From Mobula birostris (Eukaryota), in NCBI RefSeq assembly GCF_030028105.1, contig NC_092398.1, positions 479,471 through 543,470 on the forward strand: a stretch of DNA of 64,000 nucleotides. Reading direction: 5' to 3'. Positions 1 to 12,082 of this stretch are shown in pieces. The notes beneath the pieces were generated by a model. It was not told the DNA's origin, made no database searches, and was given only the letters and a program-made list of their open reading frames with translations. The position numbers were made by a program, and so were the translations under genes. How positions within the stretch are numbered: position 1 is the stretch's first letter; every line of letters begins with the position of its first letter.

Positions 1-87
1 AGGTTCTAGCATAAATCAGAGTTTCAAAAACATCACAGGCGAAGTTGTATTTAACTGTTTCCCTTGCTATTTCGAAGGCATTGATTG

Positions 88-875
88 ATCCTCATTGGGA
101 TCTGGTTTGGGTTATTGTTGGTGGAGGTGGTGGACGTTAGGTTAGACCCTTGTTGGGATCTGGTTTGGGTTATTGTTGGTGGAGGTGGTGGACGTTAGGT
201 TAGATCCTTGTTGGGATCTGGATTGGGTTATTGTTGGTGGACATTAGGTTATACCCTTGTTGGGATCTGGATTGGGTTATTGTTGGTGGACATTAGGTTA
301 GACCCTTGTTGGGATCTGGATTGGGTTATTGTTGGTGATGGTGGTATATGTTAGGTTAGACCCTTGTTGGGATCTGGATTGGGTTATTGTTGGTGGACAT
401 TAGGTTATACCCTTGTTGGGATCTGGATTGGGTTATTGTTGGTGGACATTAGGTTATACCCTTGTTGGGATCTGGATTGGGTTATTGTTGGTGGACATTA
501 GGTTATACCCTTGTTGGGATCTGGATTGGGTTATTGTTGGTGGACATTAGGTTATACCCTTGTTGGGATCTGGATTGGGTTATTGTTGGTGAAGGTGGTA
601 TATGTTAGGTTATACCCTTGTTGGGATCTGGATTGGGTTATTGTTGGTGGACATTAAGTTAGACCCTTGTTGGGATCTGGATTGGGTTATTGTTGATGGG
701 CATTAGGTTAGACCCTTGTTGGGATCTGGATTGGGTTATTGTTGGTGGACATTAGGTTAGACCTTTGTTGGGATCTGGTTTGGGTTACAGTAGGTGAAGG
801 TGGTATATGTTAGGTTAGACCCTTGTTGGGATCTGGATTGGGTTATTATTCTAGAGGTGATGTACATTAGGTTGA
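88..875. repeat. Minisatellite, 49-bp unit with 61-bp variants, about 14 copies
   Basis: Repeated gttatacccttgttgggatctggattgggttattgttggtggacattag; long variants carry extra gaaggtggtatatg-like bases. Confidence 0.95.
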
Positions 876-879
876 GGCT

Positions 880-1150
880 TCTCATATCAGATTCATCTCT
901 CTAGCTCTCTGTTGTCTCCATTAATCACCTCCCACACTCTCTCACTTTCTCTATACCTTCCTCCCCTCCTGACCCTATCTGCCAACAACCCATCCTCCTA
1001 TCGCTTTCCAGCCTCTGCCTCAACCTTCCTCTCCCTCTTTGTAATACTTCCCCCCCTTTACACTGATGCAGAGTCTAGACCTGAGATGTTAACTATCCCT
1101 TTCCCTCTATAGATGCTGCCCGACACCGGAATTCCTGCAGCAGCTCTTTT
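880..1150 (+). mobile_element. Degenerate Penelope-like element 3' end/pseudo-LTR
   Basis: Pyrimidine-rich stretch, then decayed ctgatgca...ctgagatgtt motif and gatgctgcc...cagcagct tail shared with better copies at 29100-29455 and 59175-59762. Confidence 0.55.
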
Positions 1151-1535
1151 TTTTGCCCAATGTATTCAATACTTTATGTAGCAGGCAGGACTAATGAGCC
1201 TGTTTGAATGGTATACCAACTATTGCCTAAACATCTATTACCATCTTCACTGGTTTACAGAGAAGGCAGCGCTCCCTCTGTACACACTACATTACTTACC
1301 AAGACCTCCCAAAGTCATGATATCTCCATCGGGAAACCTCAGATATCCTTTATCGGGGAACATCACCATCCAGCTTCGGAATATTATGCCACTCCTTTGT
1401 AATTCATGGGTGTTAGTCCTTCAACAACAAAATGAATGAACCTTCACCATACCAAACACAAAGGTTAAAGAACTAGATCCAATATCTTACTGCCAGTTTA
1501 GGATACCAATAAAAACTGGCTTTTTAGTTTGTCCA

Positions 1536-1836
1536 GTGTTGGCGCGTGACCAAGTGGTTAAGGCGTCATTCTAGTGATCTGAAGGTCGCTAGTGAGCTGA
1601 GGCGGCGTGTTGTGTCCTCGAGCAAGGCACTTAATCACATATTGCTCTGCGACGACACCGGTGCCCAGCTGTATCGGCCCTAGTGCCCTTCCCTAGGACA
1701 ACATCGGTGGTGTGGAGAGGGGAGACTTGCAGCATGGGCAACTGCTGGTCTTCCATACAACCTTGCCCAGGCCTGCGCCCTGGAAACCTTGCAAGGCGCA
1801 AATCCATGGTCTCATGAGACCAACGGATGCCTATAA
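1536..1836 (+). mobile_element. tRNA-derived SINE (copy 1)
   Basis: tRNA-like head (tggcgcgtgaccaagtggttaaggcg), central gtgtcctcgagcaaggcactt motif; full-length reverse-complement homologue at 44001-44320. Confidence 0.85.
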
Positions 1837-2042
1837 GTTTGTCCACATCCTGAGAAGTTAAAGAAACAGTTGTGATGGGATTCATGCTGCACTGATGAGG
1901 AGCAGTGGGGTGAAGTGAAGTGAAGTGGGAGGCAGTGAAGTGGTGTGGGGTGCACTGAGTGTTATCACCATCAGCCTGCATTTCACTTGGTTAGGCTTCC
2001 TGCTGCTGCTTATATTAGCATTGTGATGCCTGACGTTAAATA

Positions 2043-2192
2043 TTTGGGTTAACTACAGATCACCTGATGATTTGGGATAACTACAGATCACCTGATGATT
2101 TGGATTAACTGCAGGTCATTTGATGATTTGGGTTACTACAGATCATTTGATGATTTGGATTAACTACAGATCATTTGATGATTTGGGTTATC
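2043..2192. repeat. 28-bp tandem repeat, about 5 copies
   Basis: taactacagatcatttgatgatttgggt repeated. Confidence 0.9.
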
Positions 2193-2529
2193 ACTCAGAT
2201 CTACAGCACGGGAGGGAGTGAAGCCAATATTAATAGTTTCATGTTGACCATTTATTGAAATCCAAAATATTAAAATTCCCGTATGTGAATTTAAGAAAAC
2301 GGGATAACAGTAAGATTGCTTTGCAAAGTCTCATTGGTTCAAAAAATGCATGTCATGTTAGCATGTCTTTGAATATTTCTGGAAGGCTCCTGAAAGCATA
2401 GCTGCTGAGACAGGGCTGCTGCTTTACTGCTTTGTTACTGTTGTTGCATTGCTGCCGTGGTACACTGCTACAAATATACTTGGTTCTGGAGTGTGGAACA
2501 AACGCAGATATGAAGGGTACTCTTGTTTC

Positions 2530-2725
2530 AAAAACACAAGAAAGTTTGTAGAAGCTGAAAATCCAGAGCTACACACACAAAATGCTGAAGGAACTCAGCA
2601 GACCAGGTAGCATCCATGCAAAAGTCGACGTTTCAGCCCAAGATCGTTCTTGTTTACTATTTACTCTTTTCCACAGATGCTGCCTGACCTGCTGAGTTCC
2701 TCCAGCATTTTGTGAGTGTCACTCT
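2530..2725. mobile_element. Inverted pair of Penelope-like pseudo-LTR fragments
   Basis: cacacaaaatgctgaaggaactcagcag...gcatc (2573-2613) is the approximate reverse complement of gatgctgcctgacctgctgagttcctccagcattttgtgagtg (2677-2719). Confidence 0.75.
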
Positions 2726-3120
2726 TGTTTCACTGTGATTTGGCAATGAGGTCCCCTTCATTTTAAATATTGCCAGAATATTTGTGGAAAGTTATGATTT
2801 GTTTTTAGATACAAGTCAAATGGACTGTACCCCAGGGTTCTGAAAGAGGTAGCGAAGGGATTATGCAAGCATTTGAAATGATCTTTGGGGTTAGGGATGG
2901 ACCCAGAGGACAGGAAAATTGCAAATATGACACCTCTGCTTAAGAAGGGAGCTCACCAAAAGACAGGAAATTATAGGTTGGTTAGACTGATCTCAGTGGT
3001 TGGTAAGATTTTTTAAACCATTATTAAGGATGAAATTTTGAAGTACTTGGAAGAACAGTATATGTTTTAAAAAGGATGAAGTCAGCATGGTTTTGTTAAG
3101 GGGAAATCTTGCCTGACAAA

Positions 3121-3347
3121 CCAGGGAGTGAATCTGTGGAATACAGATTGCAGTGGAGGCCAAGTCCGTGGGTTTATTTAAAGCAGAAGTTGATTGTTTC
3201 CTGATTGGTCAGGGCATCAAAGGATATGGCAAGAAGGCAGGTGTATGGGGTTGAGTAGGATCTGGGATCAGCCATGACAGAATGGTGGAGCAGACTTGAT
3301 GGGCTGAATGGCCTAATTCTGCTCCTATATCTTATGGTCTTATGGTT
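3121..3347 (+). mobile_element. 5'-truncated CR1 3' end nested in older CR1
   Basis: CR1 3'UTR gggctgaatggcctaattctgctcc with (cttatggt)n tail. Confidence 0.85.
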
Positions 3348-3420
3348 TAAAACTGTTAGAATTTAGAATTCTTTGAGGAAGTAATAAACGGGTTAGACAA
3401 AAGAGAATCTCAAGATGTTA

Positions 3421-4850
3421 AACAACAATTAAACCAGTGCCAAAGAAGAATAATGTGGGCCGCCTTAACGACTATCGCCCAGTAGTGCTCACATCGACAG
3501 TGATAAAATGCTTTGAGAGGTTGGTTATGACTAGATTGAACTCCTGCCTCAGCAAGGACCTGGACCCATTGCAATTTGCCTATCGCCACAATAGGTCAAC
3601 GGCAGACACAATCTCCATGGCTCTTCACATGGCTTTAGACCACCTAGAAAACACAAACACCTATGTCAGGTTGCTGTTCACCGACTATAGCTCGGCATTT
3701 AATACCAGCGTTCCCACAATCCTGATTGAGAAGTTGCAGAACCTGGGCTTCTGTACCTCCCTCTGTAATTGGATCCTCGACTTCCTAACCAGAAGACCAC
3801 AGTCTGTGCAGATTGGTAATAAGATATCCTCTTCGCTGACGATCAACACTGGCACACCTCGGGGTGTGTGTTTAGCCCACTGCTCTACTCTCTGTATACA
3901 CATGACTGTGTGGCTAGGCATAGCTCAAATACCATCTACAAATCTGCTGATGATACAACCATTGTTGGTAGAATCTCAGGTGGTGACGAGAGGGCGTACA
4001 GGGGTGAGATATGCCAACTAGTGGAATGGTGCCACAGCAACAACCTGGCACTCAACGTCAGTAAGACGAACGAGCTGATTGTGGACTTCAGGAAGGGTAA
4101 GATGAAGGAACACATACCAATCCTAATAGATGGATCAGAAGTTGGAGAGAGTGAGTAGCTTCAAGTTCCTGGGTGTCAAGATCTCTGAGGATCTAAACTG
4201 ATCCCAACATATTGATGTAGTCAAGATAATGGCTATATTTTATTAGGAATTTGAAGCGATTTGGCATGTCAACAAATACACTCAAAAACTTCTATAGTTG
4301 TACTATGGAGAGCATTCTGACAGGCTGCATCACTGTCTGGTATGGAGGGGCTACTGCACAGGACCGAAAGAAGCTGCAGAAGGTTGTAAATCTAGTCAGC
4401 TCCATCTTGGGCACTACCCAACAAAGTACCCAGGACATCTTTAGAGAGCGGTGTCTCAGAAAGGCAGCGTCCATTATTAAGGACCTCCAGCACCCAGGGC
4501 ATGCCCTTTTCTCACTGTTACCATCAGGTAGGAGATAACAGAAGCCTGAAGGCACACACTCAGCGATTCAGGAACATCTTCTTCCCCTCTGCCATCCGAT
4601 TCCTAAATAGACATTGAAGCTTTGGACACTACCTCACTTTTTTTAATATACAGTATTTTTATTTTTGCACATTTTAAAAAATCTATTCAATATACATAAT
4701 TGATTTACTTGTTTATTTGTTATTATGTTTTATTTTATTTTTTATTATTATTTTTTCTGTCATTGCTAGATTATGTATTGCTTTGAACCGCTGCTGCTAA
4801 GTTAACAAATTTCACGTCACATGCCGGTGATAATAAACCTGATTCGGATT
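3421..4850 (+). mobile_element. Rex1/Babar non-LTR retrotransposon, 5'-truncated, frameshifted RT
   Basis: ORFs 3437-4021, 3868-4158 and 4251-4538: [68 protein letters not shown]; tail gataataaacctgattcggatt. Confidence 0.92.
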
Positions 4851-6354
4851 ATGTACTTGGATTTTTGGTGGGCCTTTGACAAGGTGCTACACATGAGACT
4901 ACTGAACGAGATAGAGCTCATGGTATTTGAGGCAAAGTACTCGTACGGACAGAAGTCTGGAAGGCAGAGAGTGGGGATGAAGGGGGGCCTTTTCTGGAGT
5001 TCCACAGGGGTCAGTGTTGTGACTTTAACTTTTCAACTTATACATCAATGATCTAGGTGAAGGAACTGGGGACATTGCAGCCAAATTTGCAGACGATACT
5101 ATGACAGGTGGAGGAGGGCAGGTAGTATTGAGGAGGGAGGTAGTCCGTAGAAGGACCTGTATTAGGATTAGGAAAATGGGCAAAACCTTGGCAGATAGAA
5201 TACAGTGTTAGGAAGTGCATGGTCAAGCACGAAGGATTAAAGGCACAGACTATTTTCTAATGAGGAGAAATTTCAAAAACCAGGGGTGCAAAGGGACTTG
5301 GGAGTCCTCATGCAGGATTGCCTAAAGGTTAACTTGCAGATTGAGTCAGTGGTGAGAGAACCAAATGCAATGTTGGCATTCATTACGAGAGCACTAGAAA
5401 ATAAAAACAAGGATGTAGTGTTGGGGCTTTATAAGGCATTGATCAGACCACTATGAGCAGTTTTGGGCCCCTTATTTAAGAAACGATGTGCCAGCATTAG
5501 AGAGAGTCCAGAGGAGGTTCACAAAAATGATCCTGGGAATGAAAGTGTTAACATATGAGGAGTGTTTGATGGTTCTGGGCCTGTACTCACTGGAGTTTAG
5601 AAAAATGAGGGGAGATCTCATTGAAACCTATGGAATATTGAAAGGCCTGGATAGAATGGATGTGGAGAGGATGTGTCTTGATGAAGATGGTAACACTATG
5701 TGTAGCTTGTTAGCTGTCAAGTTCTGGCTTTGATAGCAAGTAGATGTCACAGTTTAACAGCATTTTAATTAGTTCTGAGAGCAGAACCCATCTTTAGTTG
5801 ACCCAGTTCCTGTTTCTTAAATTAAACAAGTGAACTATGATTAGATTGTAGGGTCATTTGTAAAGAGTTATCCAAGAAGAAATCTACGCGGTGAGTCTGG
5901 CGGAAGTCGTCACCATAGCTGAGATGGATTGTTTGTTACTTGGTTGAGCAGAAACTAGCGGACCTGTGCCCAGACAGGTTGTACCACACACTGCAAGTAT
6001 CTGTTCAGTTTAAAATAAACATGGTGTGCCCTGAAGGCTCAGAAAATATTGTGAAAATTCTTCACCTGGATTCCTGTTCAAATGTCGAAGCTGGCTTCCC
6101 TCAATAGCTGCATTTTACCAGTAGATATCTGAGACATATGAACCGGGTAATTAATTGTTATAAACTATAATTGCCTGTGTGTCGGAGCTCCTGTAGTTGT
6201 CACTGACACTGTACATGTAGATTCAAAAACCACCCTCCATTCAGACCTTTGAATTGTGTAAATGACTACCTCGGTAAAGGATCACATGACACCACTCTGA
6301 AAATGACGTTTTTTTGTTTGTGTCAGTGTCGATTCATGTGGTTCTTGAAAAGCA

Positions 6355-6845
6355 AACAGAGTCAAAGTATTCAAGTACGTTTATTATTAAAGTATGTATG
6401 CAGTATACAACCCTAAGATTCATCTTCTTCACAGACAACCACGAAACAAAGAAAACCATGGAACCTGTCCAAAGTAAAAACATCAACCCCCTCACATGCA
6501 AAAAAAATTGTGCAAAATTGCAACAAGGACATCACCACCCAAGCAAAAAAAACAAATCGTGCAAACAGCAACATGAACTTCAAACCCCCTCGCACAAAGA
6601 ACAAATCGTGCAAACAGCAACATGAACTTCAAACCCCCTCGCACAAAAAAAAATCGTGCAAACAGCAACAAGAAAGAACAAGCGAAAATGCACAAAATTG
6701 AAGAGTCTGTATTCAGTTCAGCTCAGTGTTCATTATCTGCAGGTCACCCAAAAATAGCAACAGACAAAGGAGTGAGCAGAAAGCAGAAAAGACATCATAA
6801 TGTCAACGACAGTCCAATCCACAAACCACATAATACAGAAAGGCA
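6355..6845 (-). mobile_element. Rex1/Babar-type 3'UTR fragment with internal 51-bp tandem duplication
   Basis: Reverse-complement tail (tttattattaaagtatg..tacaaccctaagatt); aaatcgtgcaaacagcaacatgaacttcaaaccccctcgcacaaa repeated at 6550-6670. Confidence 0.6.
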
Positions 6846-6859
6846 GGGTTCACTGGTCA

Positions 6860-7325
6860 TAACTAATCCGATTTGCCCATATCCTCTAAATCTTTCCTAT
6901 CCAGGTATCTTTTAAATGTTCTTAATGTACCTGTCTTAAACACTTCCACTGGCAGTGCATTCTATATACCCACCACCCCTCAGTTTTCTATTAAATCTCT
7001 CCCTTTTCACCTTAAACCTGTGCCCTCTAATATTGATACCCTATTCCTGGTAAAAAAAGACCGCACATTCACCCTGATGATTTTGTACAATTCTCTAACA
7101 TCATCCCCTTGGGGTCTCCTATGCTCCAAGGAATAAAGTCACAACCAGCTCAACCTCTCACCATAACTCAGTACCTTGAGTCCTGGCAACATACCTGCAA
7201 ATCTCCTCTACACACTTCCCATCTTCATGGCATTTTTCTGATCGCAGGGTAGCTGAAACCAAACACTAACATCCTGTACAACTGTGACATAATGTCTCAG
7301 TGCCCTGACTGTTGAAGGCCAGAAC
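6860..7325 (-). mobile_element. Decayed CR1 3' fragment
   Basis: Reverse complement of CR1 C-terminal coding region (cacttccactggcagtgcattc, ttaaacctgtgccctct). Confidence 0.75.
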
Positions 7326-7329
7326 GAGG

Positions 7330-9178
7330 AGAAGGAGAGTGGTGACCCAGGGGTCTGAGGTGATCACTGGGGAGGGGAGATGGCTGATATAATGTGGAGA
7401 GGGGGAGTGGTGAGACAGGGGTCTGAGGTGATCACTGGGGAGAGGATGACTGATATAATGTGGAGAGGGGTAGTGGTGAGACAGGGGTCTGAGGTGATCA
7501 CTGGTGAGGGGAGATGGCTGATATAATGTGGAGAGGGGTAGTGGTGACCCAGGGGTCTGAGGTGATCTGTGGAGAGGGGAGATGGCTGATACAATATGGA
7601 GAGGGGGAGTGGTGACTCAGGGGTCTGAGGTGATCAGTGGAGAGGGGAGATGGCTGATATAATGTGGAGAGGGGTAGTGGTGACCCAGGGGTCTGAGGTG
7701 ATCACTGGGGAGGGGAGATGGCTGATATAAAGTGGAGAGGGGTAATGGTGAGACAGGGGTCTGAGGTGATCAGTGGAGAGGGGAGATGGCTGATATAATG
7801 TGGAGAATGGGAGTGGTGAGACAGGGGTCTGAGGTGATCACTGGGGAGGGGAGATGGCTGATATAATGTGGAGACGGGTAGTGGTGAGACAGGGGTCTGA
7901 GGTGATCACTGGGGAGGGGAGATGGCTGATATAATGTGGAGAAGGGTAGTGGTGAGACAGAGGTCTGAGGTGATCACTGGGGAGGGGAGATGGCTGATAT
8001 AATGTGGAGAGGGGTAGTGGTGAGACAGGGGTCTGAGGTGATCAGTGGGTAGAGGAGATGGCTGATATAATGTGGAGAGGGGTAGTGGTGAGACAGGGGT
8101 CTGAGGTGATCACTGGGTAGGGGAGATGGCTGATATAATGTGGAGAGGGGGAGTGGTGAGACAGGGGTCTGAGGTGATCACTGGGGAGGGGAGATGGCTG
8201 ATACAATGTGGAGAGGGGTAGTGGTGAGACAGGGGTCTGAGGTGGTCACTGGGGAGATGGCTGATATAATGTGGAGAGGGGGAGTGGTGAGACAGGGGTC
8301 TGAGGTGATCACTGGAGAGGGGAGATGGCTGATATAATGTGGAGAATGGGAGTGGTGAGACAGGGGTCTGAGGTGATCACTGGGGAGGGGAGATGGCTGA
8401 TATAATGTGGAGGGGGTAGTGGTGAGACAGGGGTCTGAGGTGATCACTGGTGAGGGGAGATGGCTGATATAATGTGGAGAGGGGTAGTGGTGAGACAGGG
8501 GTCTGAGATGATCAGTGGAGAGGGGAGATGGCTGATATAATGTGGAGAGGGGTAGTGGTGAGACAGGGGTCTGAGGTGATCACTGGGTAGGGGAGATGGC
8601 TGATATAATGTGGAGAGGGGGAGTGGTGAGACAGGGGTCTGAGGTGATCACTGGGGAGGGGAGATGGCTGATACAATGTGGAGAGGGGTAGTGGTGAGAC
8701 AGGGGTCTGAGGTGGTCACTGGGGAGATGGCTGATATAATGTGGAGAGGGGGAGTGGTGAGACAGGGGTCTGAGGTGATCACTGGAGAGGGGAGATGGCT
8801 GATATAATGTGGAGAATGGGAGTGGTGAGACAGGGGTCTGAGGTGATCACTGGGGAGGGGAGATGGCTGATATAATGTGGAGGGGGTAGTGGTGAGACAG
8901 GGGTCTGAGGTGATCACTGGTGAGGGGAGATGGCTGATATAATGTGGAGAGGGGTAGTGGTGAGACAGGGGTCTGAGATGATCAGTGGAGAGGGGAGATG
9001 GCTGATATAATGTGGAGAGGGGTAGTGGTGAGACAGGGGTCTGAGGTGATCACTGGGTAGGGGAGATGGCTGATATAATGTGGAGAGGGGTAGTGGTGAC
9101 CCAGGGGTCTGAGGTGATCACTGGGTAGGGGAGATGGCTGATATAATGTGGAGATGCGGAGTGGTGAGACAGGGGTCA
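7330..9178. repeat. G-rich minisatellite, 68-bp unit, about 27 copies, with 470-bp higher-order duplication
   Basis: ggtgatcactggggaggggagatggctgatataatgtggagaggggtagtggtgagacaggggtctga; identical translations at 8178-8447 and 8648-8917. Confidence 0.97.
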
Positions 9179-9399
9179 TTAAAACTCACTTGCCATTGTC
9201 TATAAAGGACAGCTTCTAGCTCACGGTTGTAAGACAGTCCCAGAGTACAATAAGGTGGACTCTAGACCTCACAATTTACCTCATTATGATCTTGCACCTT
9301 ATTGTCTACCTGCACGGCACTTTCTCTGCAGCTGTAACATAATATATAAAGTGTAAAATAGAGGTGAAATTAGATATCAGACTGCTGGAAAATGATGCT

Positions 9400-9715
9400 G
9401 CTCTAGGACCAGAGGACAAAGCCTCAGAATAGAGGGACGTCCTTTTAGGGGGGAGAAGGAATTTCTTTAGCCAGTAAGTGGTGAATCTGTAGAATTAGTT
9501 ACCACCGGTAGCTGTGGAGGCCAAGTCATTGAGTATATTTAAGGCAGAGGTTGATAGATTCTTGATTAGTCAGGGCATGAATGGATACGGGGAGAAGGCA
9601 GAAGATTGGGGCTGAGAGGGGAATGGATCAGCCATGATGAAATGGCAGAACAGACTCGATGGGCCAAATGGCCTAATTCTGCTCCTGTATGTTATGGTTT
9701 TCTGGTCTATGGTCT
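9400..9715 (+). mobile_element. CR1 3' end
   Basis: ctaggaccagagg..agcctcagaatagaggg, aggaatttctttagccag, gggccaaatggcctaattctgctcc. Confidence 0.85.
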
Positions 9716-9989
9716 ACTGCTTTCCCTTGTATCCTTGTTCCTTGTTGTAATGAAATGTCATGTGTGGATGGTATGCAAGACAAAAACTCTCCTTGTACTC
9801 CAATACATATGACAATATTAAACCAATTTACCAATTTACTGAGCAAGGCCACTGAATTCTGATAATGTTTCTCTTTCAAAACTCATCAATAAAGGCAGAT
9901 TAATTGCCGCTAAGAGTGGACGCAGCCTGAAACCTTTGAAGATGATGATATGCCGCACAAATCTGTGGCAGGACACAAAATAGATCATC

Positions 9990-11040
9990 GAACTGTACAG
10001 ACAAGAATAGACATTTGGGCTCATGATGTTGTGTTGAACTAATTAAACCAATCACACTGAAATAAACAAAAGCCTTCTGCCTGCACGGCAACTGTACCCC
10101 TCCATTCTCTACCTCTTTAACATCTTGATTTTATCTGCCCCTACTGTCAACCCTGGCAGCACATTCTGCATTCCATCACTCTGTCTTTACAAAACAAATT
10201 TTACTTTGCACTCCTCCTTTCAACTTTACCCCCCTGCCCCACCTGAGATGCGTGGCTTGTAGTATGAGATATTTTGACCCTGGAAATAAGATACTGGCTG
10301 TGTCCTCCATCTATACTTCTTATAATCTTATAAACTCAAGCACATCTGTGTTTAGCCTCTCCTGATCCAGAGGAGACAATCCAGGTTTTTTCCATCCTCT
10401 CCATTTAGAACATACCCTCTTAGCTAGGTGGTGTCCCAGTAGGCCTCTTTTACACCCTCTCCAAAGTCTCCACATCCTTCCGACCAGAACTGAATGCAAT
10501 AATCCAGATATGGCCTGAGCAGTGTTTTATAAAGCTGCACCATCCCGGGAATGGAAGGGCTAACATACAAGAGCATTTGATGGCTCTGGGCCTGTACTCA
10601 CTGGAGTTTAGAAGAATGAAGAGGAATCTCATTAAAACCTACCAATATTGAAAGGCCGAGAGGGAATGGATGTGGTGAGGATGTTTCTGGTAGTGAGAGA
10701 GGTCACAGCCTCAGGACTTCCATTTAGAACAGAGATAAGGAGGAATTTCCCAGAAGGTAGTGAATCAACGGATGGCTGTGTGAGTATTGGGTATATTTAA
10801 AATAGAGGGTGACAGGTTTTTGATTAGTAAGGGTAGCAATGGTTACAGGGCGAAAGCAGGAGAATGGGGTTGAGAGGGATAATAAATCAGCTATGATTTG
10901 AATAGCAGAGCAGACTTGAGGGGCTGAATGGCCTGATTCTCTCCCTATGCTGTATGGTCTTATGCAACATGACATCTTCAATTTTGACCTCATTGCCTTG
11001 ACTAAAGACAAGCATGCCAAATGCCTTCTTTATTACCTAA
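9990..11040. mobile_element. Minus-strand CR1 relic interrupted by plus-strand CR1 3' end (about 10545-10962)
   Basis: Minus ORF ends RKDVETLERV; plus insert reads GLYSLEFRRM..LIKTY to 3'UTR; minus copy resumes gcaacatgac..gcatgccaaatgccttc. Confidence 0.8.
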
Positions 11041-11160
11041 CAACCTTTAGACAATGTGCAATCTGTACACAGTCCAACCTATAGACAATGTGCAATCTGT
11101 ACACAGTCCAACCTATAGACAACGTGTATATCTGTACAAAGTCCAACCTTTAGACAATGT
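11040..11160. repeat. 34-35-bp repeat, 3.5 copies; reverse complement of the 34400-35580 satellite unit
   Basis: caacctatagacaatgtgcaatctgtacacagtc. Confidence 0.9.
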
Positions 11161-11245
11161 CTCCCTCTGTCAGTAAACTGGCAGACTGGCGACTCCCTTT
11201 GTCAGTAAACTGGCAGACTGGCAGTTCCCTCTGTCAGTAAACTGC
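11161..11245. repeat. About 31-bp tandem repeat, 3 copies
   Basis: ctccctctgtcagtaaactggcagactggc. Confidence 0.85.
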
Positions 11246-11542
11246 CCTGGGCAGTCCGGGTGCTGAATGTTATAATGTCACATGTCATTTTCTTTGCCAC
11301 TCTTTACCACAGAAATGTCATCACAGCAGAATGCGGAGACACTGCGGGAGTTAGTTGCTTTTCCTGTTGGGTAAGGTAACAGCGCTGGCTCATTCCTGAA
11401 GCTCACGTTCCTTGGATAAACATTTGGGAAACTTGACTTCAGGTCCAGCTGCAGACGGCTCGGACACTTTCTGCCATGCAAAGCCACAGGTGATGTTTCC
11501 TCTGGGGTTTGGCTGAAGACACACTGCAGGCTGCTCTGCTTC

Positions 11543-12082
11543 AGTGCAGGGGTCACCTGCCATGGCCGGACAGTGAGGGGCAGGGGCAGTGGGAGGGGTG
11601 GTGGCAGTGGGAGTGGGAGGTGCAGGGGTCACCTGCCATGGCCGGACAGTGAGGTGCAGGGGCAGTGGGAGGGGTGGTGGGAGTGGGAGTGGGAGGTGCA
11701 GGGGTCACCTGCTATGGCCGGACAGTGAGGGGCAGGGGCAGTGGGAGGTGCAGGGGTCACCTGCCATGGCTGGACAGTGAGGGGCAGTGGGAGTGGAAGG
11801 GGCAGGGGGAGTGGGAGTGGGAGGTGCAGGGGTCACCTGCCATGGCTGGACAGTGAGGGGCAGGGGGAGTGGGAGGGGTAGTGGGAGTGGGAGTGGGAGG
11901 TGCAGGGGTCACTTGCCATGGCTGGATAGTGAGGGGCAGGGGGAGTGGGAGGGGCAGTGGGAGGTGCAGGGGTCACCTGCCATGGCCGGACAGTGAGGGG
12001 CAGGGGGTGTGGGAGGGGCAGTAGGAGTGGGAGGGGCAGGGGTCACCTGCCATGGCCAGACAGTGAGGGGCAGGGGGAGTTC
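11543..12082. repeat. G-rich variable-length minisatellite, about 7 copies
   Basis: gcaggggtcacctgccatggccggacagtgaggggcagggg followed by a variable number of gggagt hexamers. Confidence 0.92.

Larger units (their letters stand above)
2810..5680 (+). mobile_element. Old CR1 LINE ORF2 relic, split by two nested insertions (3121-3347 and 3421-4850)
   Basis: Colinear CR1 RT motifs across the breaks: GNYR-like, GKSCLT, YLDF..AFDKV, KFADD, LERVQRRFTKMI..GLYSLEFRKMRGDLIETY. Confidence 0.9.

Noticed and set aside
88-875. Telomeric or interstitial telomeric repeat
   Set aside because: Only scattered ttagg/ggttag words within a 49-bp unit; no (TTAGGG)n run.
1536-1610. tRNA gene
   Set aside because: It is a SINE head: no complete cloverleaf, and it continues into a body repeated at 44001-44320.
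11589-11996. Gly-rich ORFs
   Set aside because: Translations of the G-rich minisatellite.
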